This document shows positions 41,153 through 50,670 of a DNA stretch of 57,747 bases, piece after piece (positions within the stretch are counted from its first letter, which is position 1; every line of letters starts with the position of its first letter). The translations under genes and the position numbers were made by a program. Origin of the DNA: a virus (lineage: Duplodnaviria; Heunggongvirae; Uroviricota; Caudoviricetes). Under the pieces are notes generated by a model. The model had not been told where the DNA came from and made no database searches. It saw nothing but the letters and a program-made list of their open reading frames with translations. The stretch is from the IMG/VR virus record IMGVR_UViG_3300029887_000004; one strand, 5' to 3'.

Positions 41153-41350
41153 TTAGCGCTTGATATATCCTTGACCACCATCTCTGCATTTAATACAGAT
41201 ATGGCTACAAGGCGATTCACTGTAATTTGATTGTCTTGTTACAGCTTCAATGATATATTCTCTGTCTTGTCCTTCGATTTCTACAGTAATAAAATCATCT
41301 CCCATTTGTTTTAGTGTACGGCATAGCTCGCCGCTTGTTCCAATATACAA
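41153..41350 (-). CDS. Hypothetical protein
   Basis: GAAAGGA SD; in operon. Confidence 0.6.
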   Translation of the reverse strand: MYIGTSGELCRTLKQMGDDFITVEIEGQDREYIIEAVTRQSNYSESPCSHICIKCRDGGQGYIKR

Positions 41351-41368
41351 TGTCTAATTTTCTTCCTT

Positions 41369-41932
41369 TCATAATAATAAATGTGCAATATCCGTCCAAT
41401 TCATTAACCTCTTTCCAGTCCAATCTTTGTTCCAACTATAAATATCTCCGAAACAATATTTTTCTTGAGCATTGCTTGTTTCTAACATGTGTATTGAATC
41501 ATCAATAAGAATGCCATCGCTCATATCTATATGTGATTTATCTTTGTATTTTTTCATATTTACACCAATAAATTCTGGATAGAAAAGATACTGATTAATC
41601 CACTTTTCTTTTTGTTTTAAGTTTGGAGAGTAACCCATGCTAACAATTTTTACCTGATATACTTTTCCAAGTTCATCAATAATTTCATGTGCATCTGGCA
41701 TAAATTCCAGCTCATGAAAGAATCGTGGTGTGTTAAAGTATGTATTAATGTATTCTTTAGATGTACAGGCTAATTCCTTAAAATCATATGAATCAATCTC
41801 CCACCAATTAACATGATGGAATTTCTTATAATATTCAAAGTCTTCGTTGTATATGGACACAATCGTTTTGATCGTGTCCACTAGCGTATTATCGAAGTCA
41901 ATATAGATCGTTTTAATATCTGGTCTATACAT
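41369..41932 (-). CDS. HAD-family 5'(3')-deoxyribonucleotidase
   Basis: IYIDFDNTL, KEKWI, LIDDS motifs. Confidence 0.8.
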   Translation of the reverse strand: MYRPDIKTIYIDFDNTLVDTIKTIVSIYNEDFEYYKKFHHVNWWEIDSYDFKELACTSKEYINTYFNTPRFFHELEFMPDAHEIIDELGKVYQVKIVSMGYSPNLKQKEKWINQYLFYPEFIGVNMKKYKDKSHIDMSDGILIDDSIHMLETSNAQEKYCFGDIYSWNKDWTGKRLMNWTDIAHLLL

Positions 41933-42482
41933 TGTTTTTATTCCAATCCTTTCGAATAATGTTTATCATTTTTTCTACAGAAGTTTCCAATGACCTGTCA
42001 TTGAGAACACGATAATCAATTAGATTAGATTTTTCAAAATTGCTAAACGAATCATTTTCCGCAGCATAGTTCTGTTTCCATGAATCATAGTCGCCACGTT
42101 TCTTTGCACGTTCTTCTGCAGTTGTATATGGGGTTGTAATATAGATAGATACTAGACGGACATCTATATCTCTTGTTTTGAGTTTAAGTGTATATAATCC
42201 GACTGGATCAATGATATAGAAATTAGAATTTAAGATTTGCTCTTTTGTTGCAAAACTGCAATATCCAACTCGATCTGTATATGCCACCATGTTTGGTTTA
42301 TATTTTTCAACGTCATCAGATGAAATAAAAATATGATCTGAATTATCAACTGTTTCGCCTGGTCGCATCGATCTGGTTGTATAAGACTTAAGAACCGTCA
42401 TATTTAATTTCTTAGCAGCTTCTTTGGTAATAGAGGATTTGCCAGAAGAAGTTCTACCAAGGATACAATATAGTGTGTGCAA
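41925..42482 (-). CDS. gmk: Guanylate kinase-like NMP kinase
   Basis: GRTSSGKS, SYTTRSMRPGE, IIDPVG motifs. Confidence 0.8.
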   Translation of the reverse strand: MHTLYCILGRTSSGKSSITKEAAKKLNMTVLKSYTTRSMRPGETVDNSDHIFISSDDVEKYKPNMVAYTDRVGYCSFATKEQILNSNFYIIDPVGLYTLKLKTRDIDVRLVSIYITTPYTTAEERAKKRGDYDSWKQNYAAENDSFSNFEKSNLIDYRVLNDRSLETSVEKMINIIRKDWNKNNV

Positions 42483-42488
42483 AAGGAA

Positions 42489-43166
42489 TCACTCCTCTCG
42501 TTTTGGTTTTCTTCCACATGATTTTGTTTCATCGCAATATCCCATCACTTCACATTTTGGCTTAAATAGTTCATCCACAATCCATACCCATTGTTCAGAA
42601 TAATCTTTTAATGCATTCTCAATAGCAGGAAATAGTTCTTGTCTAAATTCCCAATATGCACGACTACATTTTCTTACATGGCTCATATCCATCAGATTTC
42701 TGAGATTACGTTTTTCTACACATTTTGTCGTCATACCAAGTGGAAGAAGATTTGCTGCATCCTCATTTGGTACCCCCATATTTTGAAGCTTGACGAGTGA
42801 ATCTCTAAGCTGACGAGTAGTTGCGTTAAATTCAACCAAAGCATCTGTATCTTTTTTGACTGATTTTGGTACAATAATATCAAAGTCTTTATAATTGATA
42901 TATCTAGTAGATGCCTGTAAATATGGTGTCATACCGCCGACATGACGATAATATTCGCGCATAACCCTCGCAGAAAATCCATCAATAATCATATGAACAT
43001 CTACAAATTCAAGTGTTCTTCCATGTCCTGATTTAATACAGTCAATGCCTCGTTTGATATTTTTTTCTTCATTGATAATATCAGCGTTCCAGCAGATTCC
43101 AGCCCTTCTGCCAATTAGTGCAAGTGGATCTTTTGGTGTTTCTGGTAAAATTGTAATTGTTCCCAT
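42489..43166 (-). CDS. thyX: FAD-dependent thymidylate synthase
   Basis: GHGRTLE, RH...QASTRY, EDAANLLP, NLRNL, RAYWE motifs. Confidence 0.88.
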   Translation of the reverse strand: MGTITILPETPKDPLALIGRRAGICWNADIINEEKNIKRGIDCIKSGHGRTLEFVDVHMIIDGFSARVMREYYRHVGGMTPYLQASTRYINYKDFDIIVPKSVKKDTDALVEFNATTRQLRDSLVKLQNMGVPNEDAANLLPLGMTTKCVEKRNLRNLMDMSHVRKCSRAYWEFRQELFPAIENALKDYSEQWVWIVDELFKPKCEVMGYCDETKSCGRKPKREE

Positions 43167-43168
43167 TT

Positions 43169-43423
43169 TTATACCTCCCATAATGTCATATCATTTTTAA
43201 AATTATCAAGAACTTTTTCATCATCTGTTAAAATCTCTACATACGCAGGTGCGTCAATCGCAACGCTTAGTACACCCATCAGAGATTTGGCATCAAGAAC
43301 AAGTCTTCCGTGAATATAATTGATGTCCCAATCTTTATATTCTCCACATTTAGCTACGAATAAACTTGCATTGTTTACTGTTTTAAGACAGATTTTAATT
43401 TTGTGATCATTCATATTTTTCAC
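43169..43423 (-). CDS. Second HPr-like protein lacking His15
   Basis: LDAKSLMGVLS motif. Confidence 0.75.
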   Translation of the reverse strand: MKNMNDHKIKICLKTVNNASLFVAKCGEYKDWDINYIHGRLVLDAKSLMGVLSVAIDAPAYVEILTDDEKVLDNFKNDMTLWEV

Positions 43424-43431
43424 CTTCTTTC

Positions 43432-45396
43432 TTAGCTGATGTATTCTAGGAATTCATCTTCACTCATAATTTTTACACCAATGCTCTTTGCTTTTGTATT
43501 TTTACTTGACGTAGAATTAACATCATTATTGATCAATGCAGTAACCTTCTTCGATATTGAACCAGATACCTTCCCACCCAATGATTCAATTTTCTCTTTA
43601 AATGCATCTCGATTTTCGAAATGTTTCAAACTGCCGGTAATTACAAACGTTTGCCCCGTCAAATCTTTTCCACTGTTTATACTGAGAAATACTTTCTTTG
43701 GTGTTTCAAAGGTGAATTCCTTGCCAAGCTCCCATACATTACTACATTCTCTATTAAAATACTCATCGAGTGAGTTAATAATAGAATCGCCAATGCCAGG
43801 AATATGAGAGAAGAATTTTGCTCCTGGATGCGTCATATCACGCATAAAAGATTCGAATTGATAATCTTCCGCCTCGGCAATAGCTTTGCTTGCTGTTTTG
43901 CCAACAAGTGGAATTGAGAGCGCATAAAGGAACCGATCTAACGTTGTATTTCTACTTTTTTCAATTGATTGGAATAATTTAGAAACTGATTTCGAACCAA
44001 ACCCATCAAGAGTTTTCATTTGTTTTTCATGTGTATTTAGATAATAGATATCTTGGATAGAATTTAACCATCCTAAAGAAATGAATTTTTGAATTGTTGC
44101 TTCAGATAAACCATCAATATTTAGAGCGTTTCTACTTACCGCATGAGTTAGTTTGCCAAGTAATTTACCTTTACATTCAGGGCTTGTACACCATAGAACT
44201 TCTGAATCGTTTTCTTTAATGATTTTAGTTGGTTCGCCGCATACTGGACATTTATCAGGAATATCAAAATTACCACTCTTGTCAATACTGTCGTGTACTT
44301 TTGGAATAACCATATTAGAACGATATACTCTAATACGATCTCCGATTCCAAGCATCATATCTTTAATATATGTAATATTATGAAGTGTTGCTCTGGTTGT
44401 AACTGCTCCATTCATATCTACAGGATCAAAAATTGCTACAGGATTAATCAGGCCTGTTTTGGAAGTATTCCATTCAATGTCTCTTAACACTGTTTCAAAT
44501 AGCTCGTCTTCATACTTATAAGCCATAGAATGTCGAAAGAATTTGTCTGTTCTTCCCATTGCCTCTGCAGCGTTATAATCATCGACTGCCATAACTGCTC
44601 CATCATATGGAATATTGTGTTCATCTGCCATTGTACGAAGTTGTTCGAGCTGCTTTGATAGATTATTTTCGGTATTATTTGAATATGTAATCATCGGAAC
44701 TACTTCAAAACCATTTCGTTCAGCTTCTTTTAAGTCCAAAGATACCGATTTATGATAAAATCCTTTAATAACACGCCATGCAATAAATCTCATATTACGT
44801 TTAGACGCTTCATAACTATCTAGCAGCTGCAATGATCCAGAAACTAAATTCCTTGGATGTTTATATTTTTTATCTGCAGGAAGTTCTTCATTAATTTGTC
44901 GAAATGTTTCCCATCCAATGATAGTTTCACCATCAATAATCAATTCATCTTTGTATGGGATCGTCTGTGGAATGTTTCGAATTGTTAGTGCATTCTCTAA
45001 TACAGATATACCATTTTCGCCGTCACCTCTGGTTTCTGCTACAATTAATTTACCGTTTTTATAGTATAATGATAGAGTTAAGCCATCACATTTGACAGAC
45101 AGAAAACAATTTTTATTTCCTGCAAATTGTTTTAGCTCATTTACATTTTTTGTTTTATCAAGAGAAAGCATAGAATGATTATGACGTACTTCTTTTAATT
45201 CTTTGGATACTTTATATCCAACATGCAGAGTAGGACTATCATTCAAAACAATATCTAATTCTTTTTCTAACTGAGATAGTTCTTCATATTTCCGATCCCA
45301 ATCATAATCTGACATAATAGGTTCTCCAGTATAATATGCTTTTGACGCCTTATTCAAATCATGAATTAGCTCTTTCATTCGTTTGATCTTATCCAT
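43432..45396 (-). CDS. ligA: NAD-dependent DNA ligase
   Basis: MLSLDK, KCDG adenylation motif, TRGDG, CPVC Zn finger, HhH and BRCT (FVITG) domains. Confidence 0.95.
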   Translation of the reverse strand: MDKIKRMKELIHDLNKASKAYYTGEPIMSDYDWDRKYEELSQLEKELDIVLNDSPTLHVGYKVSKELKEVRHNHSMLSLDKTKNVNELKQFAGNKNCFLSVKCDGLTLSLYYKNGKLIVAETRGDGENGISVLENALTIRNIPQTIPYKDELIIDGETIIGWETFRQINEELPADKKYKHPRNLVSGSLQLLDSYEASKRNMRFIAWRVIKGFYHKSVSLDLKEAERNGFEVVPMITYSNNTENNLSKQLEQLRTMADEHNIPYDGAVMAVDDYNAAEAMGRTDKFFRHSMAYKYEDELFETVLRDIEWNTSKTGLINPVAIFDPVDMNGAVTTRATLHNITYIKDMMLGIGDRIRVYRSNMVIPKVHDSIDKSGNFDIPDKCPVCGEPTKIIKENDSEVLWCTSPECKGKLLGKLTHAVSRNALNIDGLSEATIQKFISLGWLNSIQDIYYLNTHEKQMKTLDGFGSKSVSKLFQSIEKSRNTTLDRFLYALSIPLVGKTASKAIAEAEDYQFESFMRDMTHPGAKFFSHIPGIGDSIINSLDEYFNRECSNVWELGKEFTFETPKKVFLSINSGKDLTGQTFVITGSLKHFENRDAFKEKIESLGGKVSGSISKKVTALINNDVNSTSSKNTKAKSIGVKIMSEDEFLEYIS

Positions 45397-46527
45397 TTCT
45401 CACTCTCCTCTTTACAAAATTCTTCCATATATTCTAAAATTTGATCATCTTCTACATAGAATAAATCTGGTTCCTTAAGGCTGCACCACATTTTGAAATT
45501 CCACCAAAATTCACCTACTCGCATATGTGGGAGATATTCCATATGTAATCTAATTGCTTCATCATAAACATGACTTAAATTATACTCATCGTTTTTCATA
45601 GATTTCACCCTTTTTCAAAACTGCTTTTTAACATATCTTTTTTAATTAATTCATAAACAATATCAAGATAATCTCTTTTATCGCTATATCTGCAATTGGC
45701 ATTTTTGTGGATTCTTGGATCGTCCTTTATCCAATCATTTGCTCCAAAATATATATTACTAACAAATAGCATCTTAGACCCTCGTGCTACACAAAGATAA
45801 TAACACTCTGTATCTTTTGGCATTCCTTTACATTTTTTAAATCCGAATTTTTCAAATTCTTTTGCTGGTACTGTCGGAATTAGCATCATCTATTACCTTT
45901 CTTGTAAATTTATATTCTTCACCAAATTGATCAGTTGATTTACAATTCCATCGTCCTAAATTGAATAACTGCTCTTTATACCCATAACGTTTAAGCCATT
46001 TTTTATTAATTCTCTTCTTATGATGTTTTCTTGCTTGGATTTTCTTGACATACAAAATATTAACTTGATCTGGCGTCTTAGAAAAATCAGCACCAAGAAT
46101 TGTTGGATTAATCTTTGATGTATTTGCTGAAAACGAAAGAATTCTTTCATCTTTTGTAATGATTGGTTTATATCTTATATAATCATGACATTGTTCGATC
46201 GTATTTCGTGTCATATTGATCTCTTGTATGTCATCAAAGAAACCTATTTTTTTCTTTGATTTTGGGTCTATCATGGTAATCCCACCACATACACGCTCAT
46301 TCATGCAACAATTAATATTCATTATTCTCTCCGTCATCTTCTGGTGGAGCAAGCTCCAAACCTAAGATTTGTCCTACTTCATATGCAGCATACGATGTGC
46401 CACAAGATTCTCCATCAAAGAAACAATCATAATAATTTCCTTCTGAACGCTGTGGTGTAAATCCACATGCATATGGATCATAGTTTTTATTGACCCATTC
46501 TTTTAATTTTTCAATAATTTCTTCCAT
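45375..46527 (-). CDS. Four hypothetical proteins (45375-45608, 45605-45889, 45852-46352, 46312-46527)
   Basis: Tightly overlapping minus-strand ORFs; no recognised motifs. Confidence 0.6.
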
Positions 46528-46610
46528 AGTCGATTCCTCAGTGTATTACCTTATTTTGATTATAATAGTAAAGATAAATGAAACCAAAATTTCATATATT
46601 TATTTATCAT

Positions 46611-47729
46611 CTACTTCCATTTCATGTCCATATACTTTTGGAACTCAGGAAATTCTTTTTCAAATTCTGTAATATATCTATTTCTTGCTTTTTGTTCTTT
46701 TAAACTTTCAATACCAAATTCTCTCAAACTTTTCTTTTTGAAGAAACTTGGTTGATTGCACCAAGCTGCAACAGTTTTATATACTCCTTGGTATGGGGAT
46801 TTTACATATCTATTGAATCGCATTATATAAGGAAGACAATGATACTGCATTAATAATTCAATACGTTTAAACATATCGAAAATATCCTGTTTCCAAAACT
46901 CATCATCCCATTTGTTATTTCTGTCAAAACCACAGAATACATAAAATTTGGGATATTTATCTGTATACTTCCTTAATAGTTGTAGTTTTTTATGTATAAT
47001 GTCATAATCTTCTACATTATCAAATGCGAATATATAATCTCCATCATATTTGCTGTTAAATAACACTTCGCATTTTTCATCTGTAAGCAATCTCTCGTCC
47101 ATACCTTGTTTGTATTGAAACGGTTTTTTAGTCGCTTGAAGTTCTGTAAATATTTCTTTCCAACACGGACTCCCAAGAATATTGTCATCCAATAGACAAA
47201 TCTTCTTTCTTGTTGGATCAACAAATTCTGATAATGGACTATGACATTCTACTTTTTTATAATTTTTATTTACACAAAATTCACATTGTCTAAAGCATCC
47301 TCTTGTTGTAAAACCAATACTATAATCTGTATAATATTTTAGGTTTGTCTTAGATACACCATTCTCCAACTGTTCATTTACCCAACCATCATATAAATGA
47401 TAATCAGGCATATGATGTTCTATTTCTTCTGAAAGTCTTGGGGCTTTGTCATAATAAAAACCAGTTCCACCATACTCAACGTTTTCTAACTTTAAAATAC
47501 TTTCATCTATTGGTGTGTCTGTAAAAACTTTTGATATGTAAACTTTGTCATAATACTCAAGATTTTCATAATCCATCTTTAATTCAACATTAGCATCTTT
47601 ATCCTTCCAATAACCGGAGATCTTCATACATGCTAAGTTAGGAAATCTGTGATTTTTCTTACCAATTAAATCAGCATCTATTATTGCAATCTTATATGGT
47701 TCTTCATGCAATAAATGCATATCACACAT
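46611..47729 (-). CDS. Radical SAM protein
   Basis: IAIIDAD, FPNLACMKIS, TRGCFRQCEFC (CxxxCxxC), LLDDN. Confidence 0.85.
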   Translation of the reverse strand: MCDMHLLHEEPYKIAIIDADLIGKKNHRFPNLACMKISGYWKDKDANVELKMDYENLEYYDKVYISKVFTDTPIDESILKLENVEYGGTGFYYDKAPRLSEEIEHHMPDYHLYDGWVNEQLENGVSKTNLKYYTDYSIGFTTRGCFRQCEFCVNKNYKKVECHSPLSEFVDPTRKKICLLDDNILGSPCWKEIFTELQATKKPFQYKQGMDERLLTDEKCEVLFNSKYDGDYIFAFDNVEDYDIIHKKLQLLRKYTDKYPKFYVFCGFDRNNKWDDEFWKQDIFDMFKRIELLMQYHCLPYIMRFNRYVKSPYQGVYKTVAAWCNQPSFFKKKSLREFGIESLKEQKARNRYITEFEKEFPEFQKYMDMKWK

Positions 47730-47856
47730 GTTATGTACCACAAGTGCTGCGCAGCTTACTCATGAGACTATGTTTTATCCTTTCCTATTTAATTTAATTT
47801 TTCATTGATTTTCAAGTGAATTTTGAAAACAAAATAAAAAATTAATTTCATAATTA

Positions 47857-48050
47857 GAAGCACGTTCATTTCCGTACTTCATGAGAGCATCCTTATCCCT
47901 GACTTCATGAGGGTTGCGGTTTGTTCCAGAGTATTATATTCTGAATGCACAGGTTCAACTCATACGCTCATCGGTTGACTGAAATATTGCTAACAGCCTT
48001 CACCTTTACCTTTTCATCATCTCAGATTTTCAGTTCTTTTCACCGCATTA
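47857..48050 (-). ncRNA. Candidate structured non-coding RNA
   Basis: GC-richer intergenic tract with nested stems (GCGGU/ACCGC, ACUGAAA/UUUCAGU, UCAAC/GUUGA) and CUCAUGAAGU twice. Confidence 0.4.
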
Positions 48051-48158
48051 GTGATTCATTAGTTTGATCAAGATTAATGAATCTAATTACTTATTCTCTT
48101 ATCTCTTTAATTTTATGTTGCACTTGATAAACTCTTTTTTGACCAATCTTATATTCTA

Positions 48159-48790
48159 TCATCTTGTTATCTCCTTATTTAAATCCAAGTTTTTTAATGC
48201 TATAAAATCAATCTCTTTATGTGGACAAGCTTTAATTAGTTTTTCATTAACATGTTTGCAGCCATCACATTTCCATTTCCAGACAAGATCTTTCTCAGGA
48301 TGTCCAAAACTGACATAAATATCTTTATATTCTTTACCACAGCGATCACACTTTAAATATGTAATAATCTGACTCACACGCTTATTCCCCTTTTGCTTTA
48401 GTCATATTATGAATCATTTCTAATGCACTTCTAGAATCTTCACCAATATCATTTTGATAAGCAGCATTCTCAATTAATGTTTCAACACATTGTTTTGTAA
48501 CATAGACAAGATTATAATTATTAATCCTACGCACTGTATCTACGTCTTTATCTCCGCATGGCATCGTATAACCAATCAGACGAGATAATACTTCGCAAAT
48601 AACTTCTTTATCCATTTATTTCTCCTACAAACATATTTTTATCTCCCAAATGAAGATCTTTACAATCAACAAAATTTTTAGAAGGATCGATCAATCCTGC
48701 CAGTGTATACTGCTCCCAAGCCTTTTCCATAGTTTTGTATACGATATCGAAAAATACCGGATTGCAAATAATACGTTTTTTCCTCTGCAT
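48159..48790 (-). CDS. Three small hypothetical proteins (48159-48377 with CxxC pairs, 48382-48615, 48608-48790)
   Basis: Coupled minus-strand ORFs. Confidence 0.55.
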
Positions 48791-49051
48791 TTTTCTTTTC
48801 TTGCCACATCGCTTAAGAGGAAACCCAAGTCTTTTTAATGTATTATTATTGAAAATATATAAGAGCTGATCATCCGAAAATTCTTCGCTGTCATATAGTT
48901 CTTTTGTTAATTTATTTTGATAAAAATGCCGTTTGATATAATCATGCTTGGAGAGATTATCGCGTGGAAGAATCTTTAGTTGTTGAAATTCTGTAAATTT
49001 ATTTATAGCTATTTACCTCCAGTTGAAAAACATATTTCATTTCATTTCATG

Positions 49052-49324
49052 CTATTTGCTCATATACAAACTACCATCAGCCTTTAATCTTGGAGTTATT
49101 GCAGTACCAATCCCTTTCTGATAAAGTTCACCAGACACGACAATATAATTTACTCCTGTCTCTTCGTCTACAAGCTGATAAGTTTCCATCTTTCCATTTT
49201 GATTCTCAAACCATATTTTTAATGGTTTATCTTGTTTTGCTTCGACAGAAGTTCCACATGCTCCAATAACAAATCCGCACAATACAAAACCTGTTGCAAA
49301 TATTAAACCTTTAATTTTCTTCAT
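49052..49324 (-). CDS. DUF6440-like lipoprotein
   Basis: Lipobox-like IGAC; LVDEETGVNY...ITPRLKADG. Confidence 0.65.
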   Translation of the reverse strand: MKKIKGLIFATGFVLCGFVIGACGTSVEAKQDKPLKIWFENQNGKMETYQLVDEETGVNYIVVSGELYQKGIGTAITPRLKADGSLYMSK

Positions 49325-49327
49325 CTT

Positions 49328-50247
49328 TTACACCGCATTTCTTTTACAGTACTTAATAATATTATCTTTACATTTGCCACAAATTCTTACTTTATAATTT
49401 CTTTCTGCTCTTATAGGCACTCCTGCAGGATAGTCCCATCCATTCCAATCGGAACAATCTAGTGTAATTCCATTACTTTTAGATATTTCTTTTCTGCAAA
49501 TATCACACACTTCAATTACTGCCATTTACTACAATTCCTCCACCTCTTCATCAGAAATCTCTTTATATTCTACTTCATATCCTAGATATTTCAGGAGATC
49601 AATCCAATCATAATAATCAATTCTATGCCCCTCTCTAATGAAATCTTCATAACGAAGAACTGCATAACCATCTGCTGTTATAAGTTTAATTTTATTTTTT
49701 TTGAATGACATACATTCTGTCAAATAACAATATTTTAAAAAATATTCTTGTCCAAAAGAATCTTCAACAAAAATTGTTGCTGGCGTAGAATTACAATCTA
49801 CTTTAAAGTTATAAACCATTTCACCTAATGTTCTATCTTTGTTTCTTTTGTAAATTTTTATACTGTCTAAATCGATATCATGATTTATTGGAACTGTATA
49901 CTTATCAATAAAACCTGTTATATACGGTGTTTTATAATGCATAATTCTCACCTCATTTCTACATCTCCAAATTGCATTGTATCATCACAAAAGGTTTTCA
50001 TTCCACAATATGTTCCGCGCAAACCATTTAACAGAACGCCTGTTAATTCGTCACAAGAAAGTCCAATTATGTTTACTAATTCGTCAATTGTATCTTCATT
50101 CATAAACAAATATGGTTTATATCCGTTCTCAAGTTCATAAGTGTGGATCTTTTTATTCAGTTTCATAAAATCTAATTCTTTTGTTGTAATTGTAAATTTA
50201 TCATGTTTCATAGTTTTACTCACCTCGTTTCTTTCTTTCGATTGCAC
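49328..50247 (-). CDS. Three hypothetical proteins (49328-49525 Zn-finger, 49529-49951, 49948-50247)
   Basis: Coupled minus-strand ORFs. Confidence 0.55.
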
Positions 50248-50379
50248 GTTGCTCCTTTAATAATTTACAGTTACCACAATTGTTTCTGTTTTTACAAAAC
50301 CAACAGTTATCATTGTCTAATGTCCACCACCAAGGAGGCTGAGGACGCATTTTTCTTTTTGCTTTACCCATTTATTCTC

Positions 50380-50670
50380 CTATAAAAAATAAACGAATGA
50401 TACCAAATAATGCAAAACTTGATCGGTTACATATGATATTTTTTGGTATCTTGCTTTTAGCGGATCAATAATACAGTGCGTCAAAAATACAACTCCAAGC
50501 TGCCATGTTAATCCAAAAACAAGGTAAAATGGTAAACAATACAACGCACAATGTACGAACAAATGATACCAATTACTTCCTTTAGTTTTTGCAATAAAGT
50601 CGCTTTGTAAAACATAATCACCAACCAAATGACAAAACACTAATAAAATTACCTTATTCATATATCCCAT
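50380..50670 (-). CDS. DUF3307-like membrane protein
   Basis: HLVGDYVLQ, HCIID, DQVLH motifs. Confidence 0.75.
   Translation of the reverse strand: MGYMNKVILLVFCHLVGDYVLQSDFIAKTKGSNWYHLFVHCALYCLPFYLVFGLTWQLGVVFLTHCIIDPLKARYQKISYVTDQVLHYLVSFVYFL

Noticed and set aside
38680..45396. Inteins or introns in nrdD, thyX or ligA
   Set aside because: ORFs are continuous, of ordinary length, and show no intein-like insertions.
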